A DNA stretch of 64,000 nucleotides from Candidatus Omnitrophota bacterium (GTDB taxonomy: Bacteria; Omnitrophota; Gorgyraeia; 1-14-0-20-64-10). Positions 52,901 to 60,000 of the stretch are shown in pieces. The translations under genes and the position numbers were made by a program. Under the pieces are notes generated by a model. It made no database searches. It saw only the letters and a program-made list of their open reading frames with translations, and had not been told where the DNA came from. The stretch is from positions 14,434 through 78,433 of the forward strand of contig JACOVG010000021.1 in NCBI GenBank assembly GCA_016177405.1, in the 5' to 3' direction. Position 1 is the stretch's first letter. Each line of letters begins with the position of its first letter.

Positions 52901-53957
52901 TCAAACCGCGGCGTGCGAACCTTTTCTGCTCCTCTTCCTCCCTGGCTTCTTCTTGGGCGCGCGCCTGCTCCAATTGACCGCGCCTGGCCAGGGCCTGCTT
53001 AACGGCGGGGATCTCAAGATAATGCCTGGCCACCCTCCCATAGGACCGGGGCGACTTCTCGAGCGCCAGCTGCAGCGCGTACCGGTCTTCCAAGCGAAGG
53101 GCAGCCGCCGCGGCGATACCCAGGTTAAAGCGATCGCTGAACCGCTCCATGAGGGGATCGTTGGTTGCCTGCACGGCCAATCGAACGCCCTGGCTCCAAC
53201 GGGACGGCTTGGCCTTGGACGGAACGGGGACCACGACGGTCAAATAGCCCAAGGGGGTGTTGGGTGACGACTTCTTCGAGGAAACCCCCTCCGCGATAAG
53301 CTCACCGACTACCTTGGGAGAATCAAAGGCGCCCAGAACCAAGAGGGTCACATTCACCCCTTTTTGGCGCAGTTGGGCAACCTTCTCCAGCGTCTCTCTC
53401 GTAATACCCGACGGCTCCAGAAGCGGCTCGCCGGCCTGCCGGTCCTCCTGCCAAGGAGTCCCAAGAGAGACAACAACTGCTTTATCAAATTTGCTTTCAA
53501 AGAGAAGGTATCCCTGCCGCTTGAAGGCGCGCGGCGCGGGCACCAAGAAAGCGGCGGAACGAGAGGGCTTGGGAACAATGTTTTCCTTGGGAGGCGGCTC
53601 GACCGTCGCCCCTCGCTTCACCCAGAAATTCACCGTCGGGCTGGAAACCGTCGGCTGCTTGGGTGAGGCAGACTCCGTTTGGACCGGGACATGAAGGGCC
53701 TCTTCCAGGCCGGATTTGACGCTGCCTGGGGTTGATGCTTCCGCCTGCTCGACACGCAGGTGGGTTTCCACGGGGACAGTCCCCGTTGCCCAGCCCGCGG
53801 GAAGGAGGGTGGTGACTGTGAAGGCGAAGGCGGTCGCGGCGGCTAGCCCCTTGAGGATCGGCTTAAAACGGGGTTTCTGGGAGGTCAGCAAGACTCCTCC
53901 ATCAGCTTCAGGAGAAGCTTTTTTAATCGTCCCTAAGAACTCTGTAAAGTTAAACAT
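40941..53957 (-). CDS. Giant polytopic membrane protein (4338 aa) with large soluble domains and a ~250-aa C-terminal coiled coil
   Basis: Continuous 13 kb ORF whose start overlaps the stop of giant 2 by 8 nt. There are several clusters of TM helices. Examples are GLKWASLAAVGLAAFLGF, WLPWGALLVPYLKWVVPALVVAHASPWIIAGAGLILGG...LIFPAFAAALFFLPQVVAGFVGAHALAIIGG, and the region ALTGLMVGGLAALFLGAGGG...GFPALGLGFALTISVGLGAVIAGLF. The coiled-coil region is ELQELREQMERAVQAARAREEALRQ...LEKENGELWALVGQLKQKARELEE. No enzymatic motif was confidently recognised. Confidence 0.7.
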   Translation of the reverse strand: MFNFTEFLGTIKKASPEADGGVLLTSQKPRFKPILKGLAAATAFAFTVTTLLPAGWATGTVPVETHLRVEQAEASTPGSVKSGLEEALHVPVQTESASPKQPTVSSPTVNFWVKRGATVEPPPKENIVPKPSRSAAFLVPAPRAFKRQGYLLFESKFDKAVVVSLGTPWQEDRQAGEPLLEPSGITRETLEKVAQLRQKGVNVTLLVLGAFDSPKVVGELIAEGVSSKKSSPNTPLGYLTVVVPVPSKAKPSRWSQGVRLAVQATNDPLMERFSDRFNLGIAAAAALRLEDRYALQLALEKSPRSYGRVARHYLEIPAVKQALARRGQLEQARAQEEAREEEEQKRFARRGLKWASLAAVGLAAFLGFSHGAAAEPVQGQPSDQAAPESGVLVPGLFPIYLRQAGPGDPIVTKGEVKYPFSPDQLPIRFFALDSFEEGEPDPDVLNAEIIFKQPEEGRETALAGTLPERSRGIVPRTMFRPSVNSEIMGNLARVWAWAPGGADSAETWEAPQVAPRGKLVVPIWDYARLDLAGQAVKERIFQGVGAVEGRVLLATEAAVDFKGFEAYPNKRAIHEVFVRDIHTARAKGAKVSPLVDVADCVHPSGRDSALLHYVEAYLAYPDFDWDQAYVRNRIWTTPEWKEASAADANGQPKNPELLKSLAWRWYEWHLEALKRLQFPWEFKLHTFIPSAELDPFGRILSEVLEERGVKEMDRRIVPVVMAAADLDQMGASLGKVQLPGVPKERMALAVNLMPALQERTATLQDEFAKDPAGTEARLKEVVEESQAPSVVVNITGTGALLALGMPGRRVIAGPEGWALTPEFSEQAGHFSDFVYFMIGDSQESSLWERVEKPRPRTFWDKFWDFGRSLAQGQAAGTVGGAVPHRLMRMIVNTAEGKFRFELDAWPAAQEGIWLKPIRQLQSTLSSPGALRVKKVEILRAKDGKTEVLTTNVLGTSADLHVPTVDEKLSLRVTVERDYVEDPNDPWWLKAWRQSRGGNAAVAVRFGKGYGGSGEKVQPEEWGQVNMPPGEKEGAVEIPFPQLVQGVNFYNIRLFGPEGYVEESVGPGTDLSVVSQYWPYLVREARQRFGKILQGLPGEKEGRLLAEGRLEEAAALRVLRQNRIGLAASGRMETVARMELQEADDPDAFTYALKYLRASGVTSISLRIPALEGELFQALAQRAEKTARPGGALLGGMEKAGQVIGRALEEGFDVYFELDAGILSQLKISKLAQQRESAERLKGRRQDTLPAALRVLLLLNQENGFGAKGILITGAGKEAREELERVVVGELNTPLIFAGDSMASSKESLQAAEVSLTDPAAAVKKLQDLADMKEPREKAFGHRWKKAVIIGGGRLSETVAQLEPLPTVGGDEQVQEDLFERLMVPTDEALLRQGAASPALVKAYAGSLLNGHRSFGDFSDALRDPQNDDHEKAKALARAWEEELARIADSPQKPRFVTDLEGFEEVFVGNMPSLPMVHAGWGFARVQGAAPSHQDAVEGEAVPVALQLTHHGSAEETLYRIVLTAYHHSTGRRYEWEAVVDLKKGHPRRIVLWLKDFPRGRLSWSAAALRWDLEGIRGRVSSFVTPERLLSRTQGIVEVVSPEAKPADSFPRDQIEEELEIFRKELGYWNGWREALGGAAGKPDSRQMKELLEDRFGLWARVVEQTAADGKASLTLVPKSKKEFRAALERSVEEQARKEKKPGEPLELAPEKPRDSYRGAMIRGWIFLLGSGALWLAWLSVRWALASLVYAAAHWRSRPPPRTPGAVSFRQVPSASTGDPHLTGLEEAAPVKIENLVAAKVYGIRQKEVARSGGRVERFRGLVEAGTVFNLPTWGFAKRSATMQSSNVPPPDKLPLPDDLAELGTFAQESVGRALTPAAPGRMAAQVPLGGGYVNDAWRQAVAEAIKAVDPAAQVAALQNGPIPASGWMDVQMALPPEVTADLMRKVKYLRRLLGAAMIRVNPATRRISVDHHFLQVGNIEELFARLYVESAKRLTPERRQGLWINQDLMAEMYGPVEEWIKKGVTAPPIHLDWRPWTVVQGAYKPENDKYRSSVKRGILWLVRWRLEKRDRPAMRKEKWGPGLMLRNWLPWGALLVPYLKWVVPALVVAHASPWIIAGAGLILGGRLTLMALFYLVSSVELALRAIPYFLGVLPMAAFGGEDRDGTLKSFSQKFHWAKYDLLVPLVVLWQVGGYTLSMMMRRFMDFVGERPNVEHPLALGAGLLAALLTVFIAWPTFGATILGVAGLAAFVFNILWAWEDQDAGRLLNLRWLIFPAFAAALFFLPQVVAGFVGAHALAIIGGTLLGVHLLPALAVWVWGLPRGILSVVHRWGFVSGAIRNINGFISVLGDSSHPDHEYAKRFLTWLTEDRRISDTLSPQAKAYAPNVRASDLQRALLDPANPANSIAKELLSFWMRSGHWTVFNHESAESRLTGILNKPKAEEKEPFKKKFLRTILDTLPSKLHGLTDVLFLVRDSSGAVMTLSEPETEWVNALDQKGRWYTGDILTKLREWAGYRLMFPLAELVHEKFYKTEEFTDLAERLMLSTERNAVASGLWRLMEDPYLEKWTGMGQSPPIIGIRPVDPARDGGLIRQLNTDVSPGFAGSDGRFITYLEGWSTPGLSLPYKVDTYHVNEKGEKVQGDGLRTVVQLLPSRTDYRFIMRDDPESLSKGMKLAALRGWQYMDSGRLALHRTGLEEPLRLAWPGPNEEQYEFPGETHVSVKRHLDVTLESYRGMAGDRAALHLELLADSPENRRGHDTSSSQLPAEDRLSRWWGTRVVRAILREAVTAASFFRLQGQGKALNTREADEAKEPVPAGLTRANIRGNPQAITAAEQAARGLLVGLKHHPFANVFLHTHVSEEISSQLELTHGTDTADPAWPYFRLLQIAVERPKAWGFRVKRYGREPEPVTLGGVIDELLGLSAGGLGEIVVNEYADEMNQRHQKGEPEIPFELYLRSLSPLHQDSGTLMAMLRDTRANTGARWGDILAGLHHRVGDTNFVRQWAQETGQTVPQAQAAMPDTQHFSDEFRQGRLHLYDVRDPGHRAVTGALTGLMVGGLAALFLGAGGGLAAGAIAGVATAFLTAWPPASGGGLFSGYRRAPRGLAVGVLSGVTLLGLAKFLGLAPAIWPTLPALGGVLGAMGLILAASVGVGMVGALVYLLAAADPLSRTPRRVFAGYAGLAASLGILFLAPSFWLAGSILFGIVSGLIAAKANLFLPSLWMTGSRQPILMGWLAAFIGFVLIPFGFPALGLGFALTISVGLGAVIAGLFRLLRASGPPYSRDIRILARLFGRTPNQFAGFWDSSTWQLKLGLPLAEGTGYFTKVPLWWRGGVIPPDAPPLTILQAIRILEVPPDLAPISAFNVLAWRRAYAILEQLLKAEDTLGGYEGVEEFRGITGGPLEIWYELVTGQRFRRRRGANPPGGPLPPAAAIFQQEMQHLSAELKQLDSALSRAAEFGLGEALRDANQRMFNLPIFTGDQSAHEGVLVTLDGYRHEVTVTGIARVAEVPGRSKFSVLIGQGPAAQAVTLTVDRDASVISDNAGNRYKDSFLSTPYHLQENLWGLKAFDTLQMRWPALAHGVSNLSNVLSGWTLSHLNFEWVNEKPGDSNAEGNYALLMEPDFLPEGRKALEKDLRETARLLSRPMAMGPSLGPPAQGSGTFDQLIGMTADQLRTHLDGVNTQLRASTGNKSMNDFMGGKYGPIEKLGDSQRDRAQRQQLAAQVATGVKPVLRLHLTQQLLRRMVRLKEALEAWDTEVAPVVARFRDHTVPELQKNKPLTPIDPWQGLAYAIADTRGAAPAGAVHSTVTLEQALEAAVHANPGLPSKDQILQALKSDPKAFFANFLDLVDELNKIPAMRQVLDEIRRSASGAGLEEGSEVLEKWTLGRWGVPQDLLDDPQRRQQAFGLLKDLRADQAAGWAEKPDEEKRSLLEAKLKEAGIWPALLPGEGPVPPKVEPVTAAPEAAPVDRAPELQELREQMERAVQAARAREEALRQADETTREWQVEFAELVEALEAREGLLLSAKEAQEELEREVLKLQNEAREEGNAHQEQVAKLEGQLAGVRRAIKEEIRKRQRAHQEEAAALKTQIGELQSDVRGHLEAQAAFEEAFNHQVKRWADLGDWEGEKIDLKKKVGGLEKENGELWALVGQLKQKARELEETSRKGEAGLEELSKRLGQLTALERAALGVLDSDGIFGFSVVNEGPRAKIFLFDNPQSWRLAPFIAQLAPVAVLTKTAEEAAALEELFEASGTPSTRYAVEALEWHRGNRALAEQALAEHFNRHLPAGLPGVILQTVPVVADIEALLRFLEGHGVVIYNLSGIAVGLEEVQTYLESLA

Positions 53958-54083
53958 CTTCGTCAGATGCGTCCCTCCTTTACAGATACCCCTACATCAG
54001 AAAGTTTACCTGATGCGCCGCCAATTATCAAATTTTATAACTAAGTATATTCTGCTACTAACTATTAGCCAGATCTCTCTTCG
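53958..54083 (-). promoter_or_regulatory. AT-rich intergenic island between giant genes 4 and 3, with a promoter-like TTGATA-17-TAAACT, an AAGGAGG RBS and a CATCAG/CTGATG hairpin
   Basis: The only AT-rich (~40% GC) segment in this part of the window. The minus strand reads ...TTGATAattggcggcgcatcaggTAAACTttctgatgtaggggtatctgtAAAGGAGGgacgcatctgacgaagaATG. Confidence 0.35.
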
Positions 54084-57000
54084 TTATACGCCCCTGCCGA
54101 TGACCGGCTCGGCGGCCAGCGCCTCAGTCAGCCGGTTCAACTCCTGGCGGATCGTCTTCTCCGGCACTCCTAAGGCACGGCCCAGCATCCAGAGAAAGTC
54201 CTGCAGGCCTCCGGTTACCGGCCTGGCGGTCACCGCCCGGCTAAGGAGTCTTGAGAGCTCACGGACGAGTGGATCGTCCTCGCCGACACCTACCACCTGA
54301 ACGGCAGCCCCAGCCGGAAGGGTGGCCGCCAGGGAGCTCATCTCCGGAACCACCGTCAGAGCGGGATTCCGCCGGGCCATGTCAAAGCTCTCCCAGCCGG
54401 CCCCCAACAGCCGCACCCGGGAGGCCAAGCCGGCCGGCAAAACAGCCAGGGCGTTGAGCGCTTCCTCGGAAATCCGATCCAGCAGGAGATCCGGCAGAAC
54501 CACGATCTCGTTCCTCTCAAGGATCTCAAGCTTGGCCTGCCACCGGATGAAGCCGGCGTGGGCCGCGATCACCGCGTCCGGCGTCCTGGACTCCTCACTC
54601 GGGGAGATCGGCCTGGGGTCAAACGGAACGCTCACCATCCAGTGGATCAGCTCCGCCGTCTGGGCGCTGGATCTGCCGGACGATTCGATCGTGGCGCCCG
54701 CCTTCTTCAGGGCCTCTTCGAGCTCCCGGCGTCCGGCCTCTTTGCCGAGAGCCGCCAGGGCCCGGCTTAGCTCCGACTTGCCGTTGGCCAGCCGCATCGC
54801 CTGAACCGGCACGCTGATCCTGTCGAACGAGATGTCTTGTACCCCCTGGCCGCCGGGCAGGATCCTTCGGGTGACGCGCGTGGCGACCAGGTGCTTGCCC
54901 TTCTCCTCCAGGCCGGCCAGCTCCAGAAGGTGGGAGCCGTCACGCTGCCTGGAGATCCCCATGGGCCGAAGCTGGGATAGATGGATGACGGCTGGGCCCC
55001 CTGTCCATCCTCGTTGGGCCATCAGCCGACGCATCGTCTCGGGGTTGACCCGTTCCTCAAGGCCGGCCCACTGCAAGGAGGCGCCCTCTCCCATCTCCAG
55101 GGGATTGAGGGAAGGCACGCCGGTCGCACGGAAGGTTCGCCCCTGGAACTTCCCCTTCAGGAAGACGTCCCGGGTGAAGGCGCTGGTGCGGCCCACGTAA
55201 AGCTCGGCCGTGATGCCATAACCATTCAGAATCCGGCGCAGATGCTCATTGATCTCGGCGCAGTCAAGGGCCCGCTTCCTTCGGCCGTCCTTCAGGTAAA
55301 GGACCAGCTTGCCCTGGCCGTCCTGCCGGTAGACGCCGCCATCCTGCTGGAGGGAATCTTCCCAGCCGTACCACTGCTCCGACAGCTCCTGGACCGAGCT
55401 CAAGAATTCGCGGAACGATTGCTCGGTCACCCCGCCGGAAAGGTAGACGCCGGCCAATTTCTTCATCTCCCGGTTAAGCCAGCTTGGGTCGCCGCGCTCC
55501 TCTAAAATGACCGCCGTCGGTTGGGGCCGCGGCGCCCCGACGCCAAACAGTTCAACGTAGGCCTCGGAGAAGGAAGCGCCTGCCTCCACCAGATCCCCCA
55601 GCCGATTCGCGATGGAATCGTAGCCGTCCCCGGCTGGGAGCCAGCCGTTGGGGCCGGCGGCCGCCTCCATCAGAACCCGCGCCATTTCCTGGGCAGATGG
55701 ATAGGGGTCGGGGCGCTGCTCTTTCAGCTCGGCCACTATTTCATCAAAGTACCTCAAGACAAGACCCCTCCTTCTCTCCTCGCCAACCTTCTTGAGCTCT
55801 GTCAGGGCATAGGCAAACCGTTGTCTCAACTCTCCCATGAAGGCCTTTCGGGAGGGCTTCCCCTTCCTGTCCCGTTTCTTGCCGCTTAAGTCTCCCAGGC
55901 CCCGGGGAGGAGGCGTGCTTTCCACCACGGGCGGACGCTCCATCACCCCCAGAAGGGCCCGGATAACCTGGTACGCCTTGGGTTTCACCACGTTGGCCAC
56001 ATTGCCCGGCTGCGGCGCGGCCAGGACCGACCGCCCAATGGCGGCCGGAGCCGGCAGGATGGCCGGAACCGCCGGCGCCGGGGCAAGCGGCGCCAACCCG
56101 GCGGCCGAAACCATCTTTCCGTCGTCGAACTGGAAGATCGCCGGCCCCTGCACCCAGAGGGGCCGCGCCGGCCGATCATGAACCCGCGCCATTCTCTGCC
56201 GCAGCTCCTCGCCGACAGCCATGAGGGTGACGGCATGCCCAAAGGCCGGGGTCTGAAGGTGGGCGACGGCCGGGCCGGTCATCCCCTCCGCCAGGAAGTA
56301 GAGGGTCTGCTGTCCATCCGAGCCGGTGTCGGCGTACCGTGAATAGACCGCCCCTGGTACGGTGCCGAAGGGACCGCCCTGCTCCACAAGATCCACCGAC
56401 TGGGAGAGTGGGACCGGCGCCTGCCAGAGATCAAGTCGGTAGTCGTGCGTCGCCTTAAGAAGCGGCGCGATGAGGGCATAGGGCACCCGGACCGCCGGTT
56501 TCTCCATTCCGGCCAGGCGGTAGAGGAGCGACTTGCCTCCCCGCTCGCCCTCGACCGCGTGCAGGAGAAGCAGGATGGTGAGGGTACGCGCCATCTCCTC
56601 CACCTGATCCGGCTGGCTCCGAACCATGGAGCCGATCTCAAGCCCTTGGCGCAGCTCCACATAATGAAGAGCCGCCTCCAGGCCGCAGTTGAGCGCCGCG
56701 AGGGTAAGCGGCTGGCGCATCGCCCCGGCCACCCCCTCCACCACGCCTGGCGGAAGCACCGGCATCCCAAGAATCTTCGGCAGTTTCTCCGGCCGCAGGA
56801 CCTCGGCCACCGCCCGCTCGATCACCCCTGCCCGCCCCGCCGCCGGCGGCTCCATCACCGCGGCCGCCCCCTCCTCCAGCCCGGCCGCCGCGCCGGCGAG
56901 CTTGGCTTGGTATTCGGTAAGCTTCGACATCGAGTCAAGTTTAAGGATGAATTCGTCGGCGTGCTGGTTCGGCCCATACTTATTCTCCTGACCAGCGTGA

Positions 57001-60000
57001 TGGACGACCGCGCCCGCTGGAATGGAGTCGCCGTAGAGCTTCTTCATCCAGTCATTCTGCATGAGAGGACCGGGTTTTCCGACCTCGCCCTGCGGCTCGC
57101 CCTTCACCTGCTCGTCGTATCCGATCTTCCGGGCGTGAGCCGCCACCTGGGCAGCGCCCAGCTTCTGGACCTGGTCCAGCCAGGCCAGCCGCACCGTCTG
57201 GCCCGCCCCCTTGATGCCCCGCTTCTGCGCCTCCGAACCCCAGAAGGAGAGATAATAAGTTCCCTTCAGCTCATCCGCGGTGAAGCTCTTGACGAATTCA
57301 TCCGGAGCGGCCGGGTGGCCGATCGTGCTGGCCAGGATCTGGCCGGTCGCCTTATCCACCGCGATCAGATGGACGCTGTCCGCAGCTTCATGAATTCTCT
57401 TCCAGCCCTCCACGGTGTTGTAAAGCGCGAACCGGCTGATTCCGGCATCCAGGGCCTGCTCCGTTTCAGGGGCATCGGCCTCCAGCATCTTTTGGCCCTT
57501 GAGAAGGGCAAGGGCTTTCTTCAAGTCGCCGCCGGCCGCTTGAAGGACCTGCTCCTTGTAGGCAGGCACCTGGCGCCGGGCAAACTCCCAGGCCACATTC
57601 TGCAAGCCGCCCGCGGCCAGAAGAACCTCCCAATCGGCCTTCTTCTGGCCGCCGGCGGCCAGGTGGAACTCAACCGTGACCGGATTGCCGTCCTTGTCCT
57701 TGGTATCCAGCGTATCCACAACCTTCCCAAACCGCTCCGCCGCGGGGGCGTAGCGGTAATCCTGGGCACTCGCCGGCTCAAACTCGCTCCAGAGCGCCTT
57801 GCCGGCGAGATCCTGCATCAGGGCCTCCGCCGCCTCCGGGGTCTTGGCCTGCTGGAGGCCGCCCAAAAGGTCTTGGCCGGAGTCTCTGGCCGCTTGATCA
57901 ACCGCCCGCAGGTTGTGGTGCACGCGCACCCAATAGGCCTCGTCGGTATTCCCCGCCATCAAATTCTCCAAATCCTCGCGGATGGCCCGCAGAGCCGAGT
58001 CGCCCTCCGCCATTCTTGCCAGACCGGCTTCGGCCTCGAACAGCCCCTGGGCGGTTTCGAAGCGGCCGGGGCGCGCGCCCAGGATGTTCTTGGCAACAAC
58101 TCCTCGCGCCACCCTTCCAATCCAGCTTGTCCAAAGCGACCGGGTATCCTTGGCCGCTTCTTGTCCCAAGGCCCGCGCGGCCTGGGCGAAGCGGTCCCGG
58201 TGCCGGGTCTCCTCGGCATCCCGCGTGGACTGGGCATGGGTCCGGGCCCACGGGCGTTCCCATCCCCTAAGTTTCTCGAGGTGCGGGATCAGCGCCCCCA
58301 AGAGCTTCTCCAGCGGCTTCACGTATTGGTCATAGCGCTTGGGATCCGCGGCCTTGAGGCGATCCAGATACCCTGCCTCGAATCCGGGCTGGGCAATCCG
58401 TTCCGCGCGGCTGCGGGCGGTGGCATCGGACAAAACGGCGTAGGGACCGCTGTTGAAGGAACCGCCTTCCGCCAGGCGAAGTCCGATGGTGATATTGCCC
58501 GGATGGGCTTGGGCATCCCGCGGCGGCGCCACGATGCCGCCTGTGACGGAGCCGGAAACCTCGCTCACAAAGACCGCCAGGCCCTGCGGCTGAAGGAACT
58601 TGCCTGTGAGGGTCTCCAGGAGCGGCTGGAGATCGGTTACCCGGAAATTCCCATCCGGCAGTTTCAGCGCGTCGGCCGCTTCTTTGGGCAGGCCGGCCAG
58701 GCGGACCGCCTCCATGAGCGATTTCTGCAGTTTGGCCTTCCCGTTTTCTGAAAGGACGGCATCCGCTTTACCCTCGACGGATCCGAGCGCTTCCTTCACC
58801 GCCTCCTCAACGGCCGGCACCACCACAAAGGCCTGCGGGATCTTGCCCTGAACCATCTGATCCAGAACCTTGTTGAGAGCCAGCAGGGATTCCTGATCCA
58901 CGCCGGGATCCTGGGTCCACTGGGCCAGCATACCCTTCATCGTTCGAATGGCCGCCTTGACCGCCAGGGTTTCGGGTGTCTCCTGGACCGTCTGGGTGGC
59001 CGCCTCTTCAGCCCCCGCCTTCGCCAGATGAGCTGTTGGAGGCCGCTGCAGCCAGACCATCTCTCCCTTCGGCGTCTGGGCCAGGAGATTCAGCGCCTCT
59101 GAACCGAGGGAGGCGGCGCCCGGCTTGGCGCCCTCCTTGGCCAACAGGTGAATCGCCCTGGCCACCGGCAGGATGGCCTGATCCACCTTGAGGTCGGCGG
59201 GCTTGTTTTCATCGTCGTCGCCTGAGCCGCCGCTCGCGGCATCCTTCTTGGGCGGCGCCGGCATCATCCGCCTTAAGACATCGCCTATCGTCCGAGCACG
59301 CTGGAGGACCGCCGTTTCTTGACCATCCCGAATCTCCGCTCCGCGGGGAGCCGCTTGCCCCTGCACCTGCAAAACGCTTGAATCTTTAGCGAGCGTCAGC
59401 GTTAATCCCAGCGCTTCGTTCTCCAGGTGAAGAGTCTCGTTGCTGGAGGCCCTTACGGCGGCTCCCGCCACGAAGGCATCCAACGGCAAGCCGGTCTGCT
59501 GTTCCACCTTCGCCCGGGCATCCGGCGACAGCGCGAGCAACCGCCGGGCGTCATTACCCTCGATCTTCCGGGCGGACATCGCCTGCTTCAACCGGTCATT
59601 GGTCTGCACCCCTTGCTCTCCGGCGGATGGCCGGTAGCTTATCCCCTTCCAAGAATCCTTCCTGGCTTGGGAGACCGCTAGGGCAAACCGGTCAATCTCC
59701 TGCCGGTCGGCAGGGGTCAGGTAATGATACTCGTCGTTGGACTCGATCGCCTGCGCCACCAGCGCCACAACCGTCTCCTGATCGAGCGCGCCCAAGAAGG
59801 CCTCAACCGGCATGACCTTCGCCACGAAGAAGAAAGCCCCAAAGGCGGCGTGAAACTCCGCTTTGTCAAACAGCCGGTGGATCGTCCAGTTGGCCTGCTG
59901 CTCATTCCTGGCGTGCCGCACCAGGACAAGCCGCTCGGAAAGCTTGGCCAGATGCTGGACGTTATCGGGATCGATCCGCCCGCCCAGCTCCCCTTCCAGC

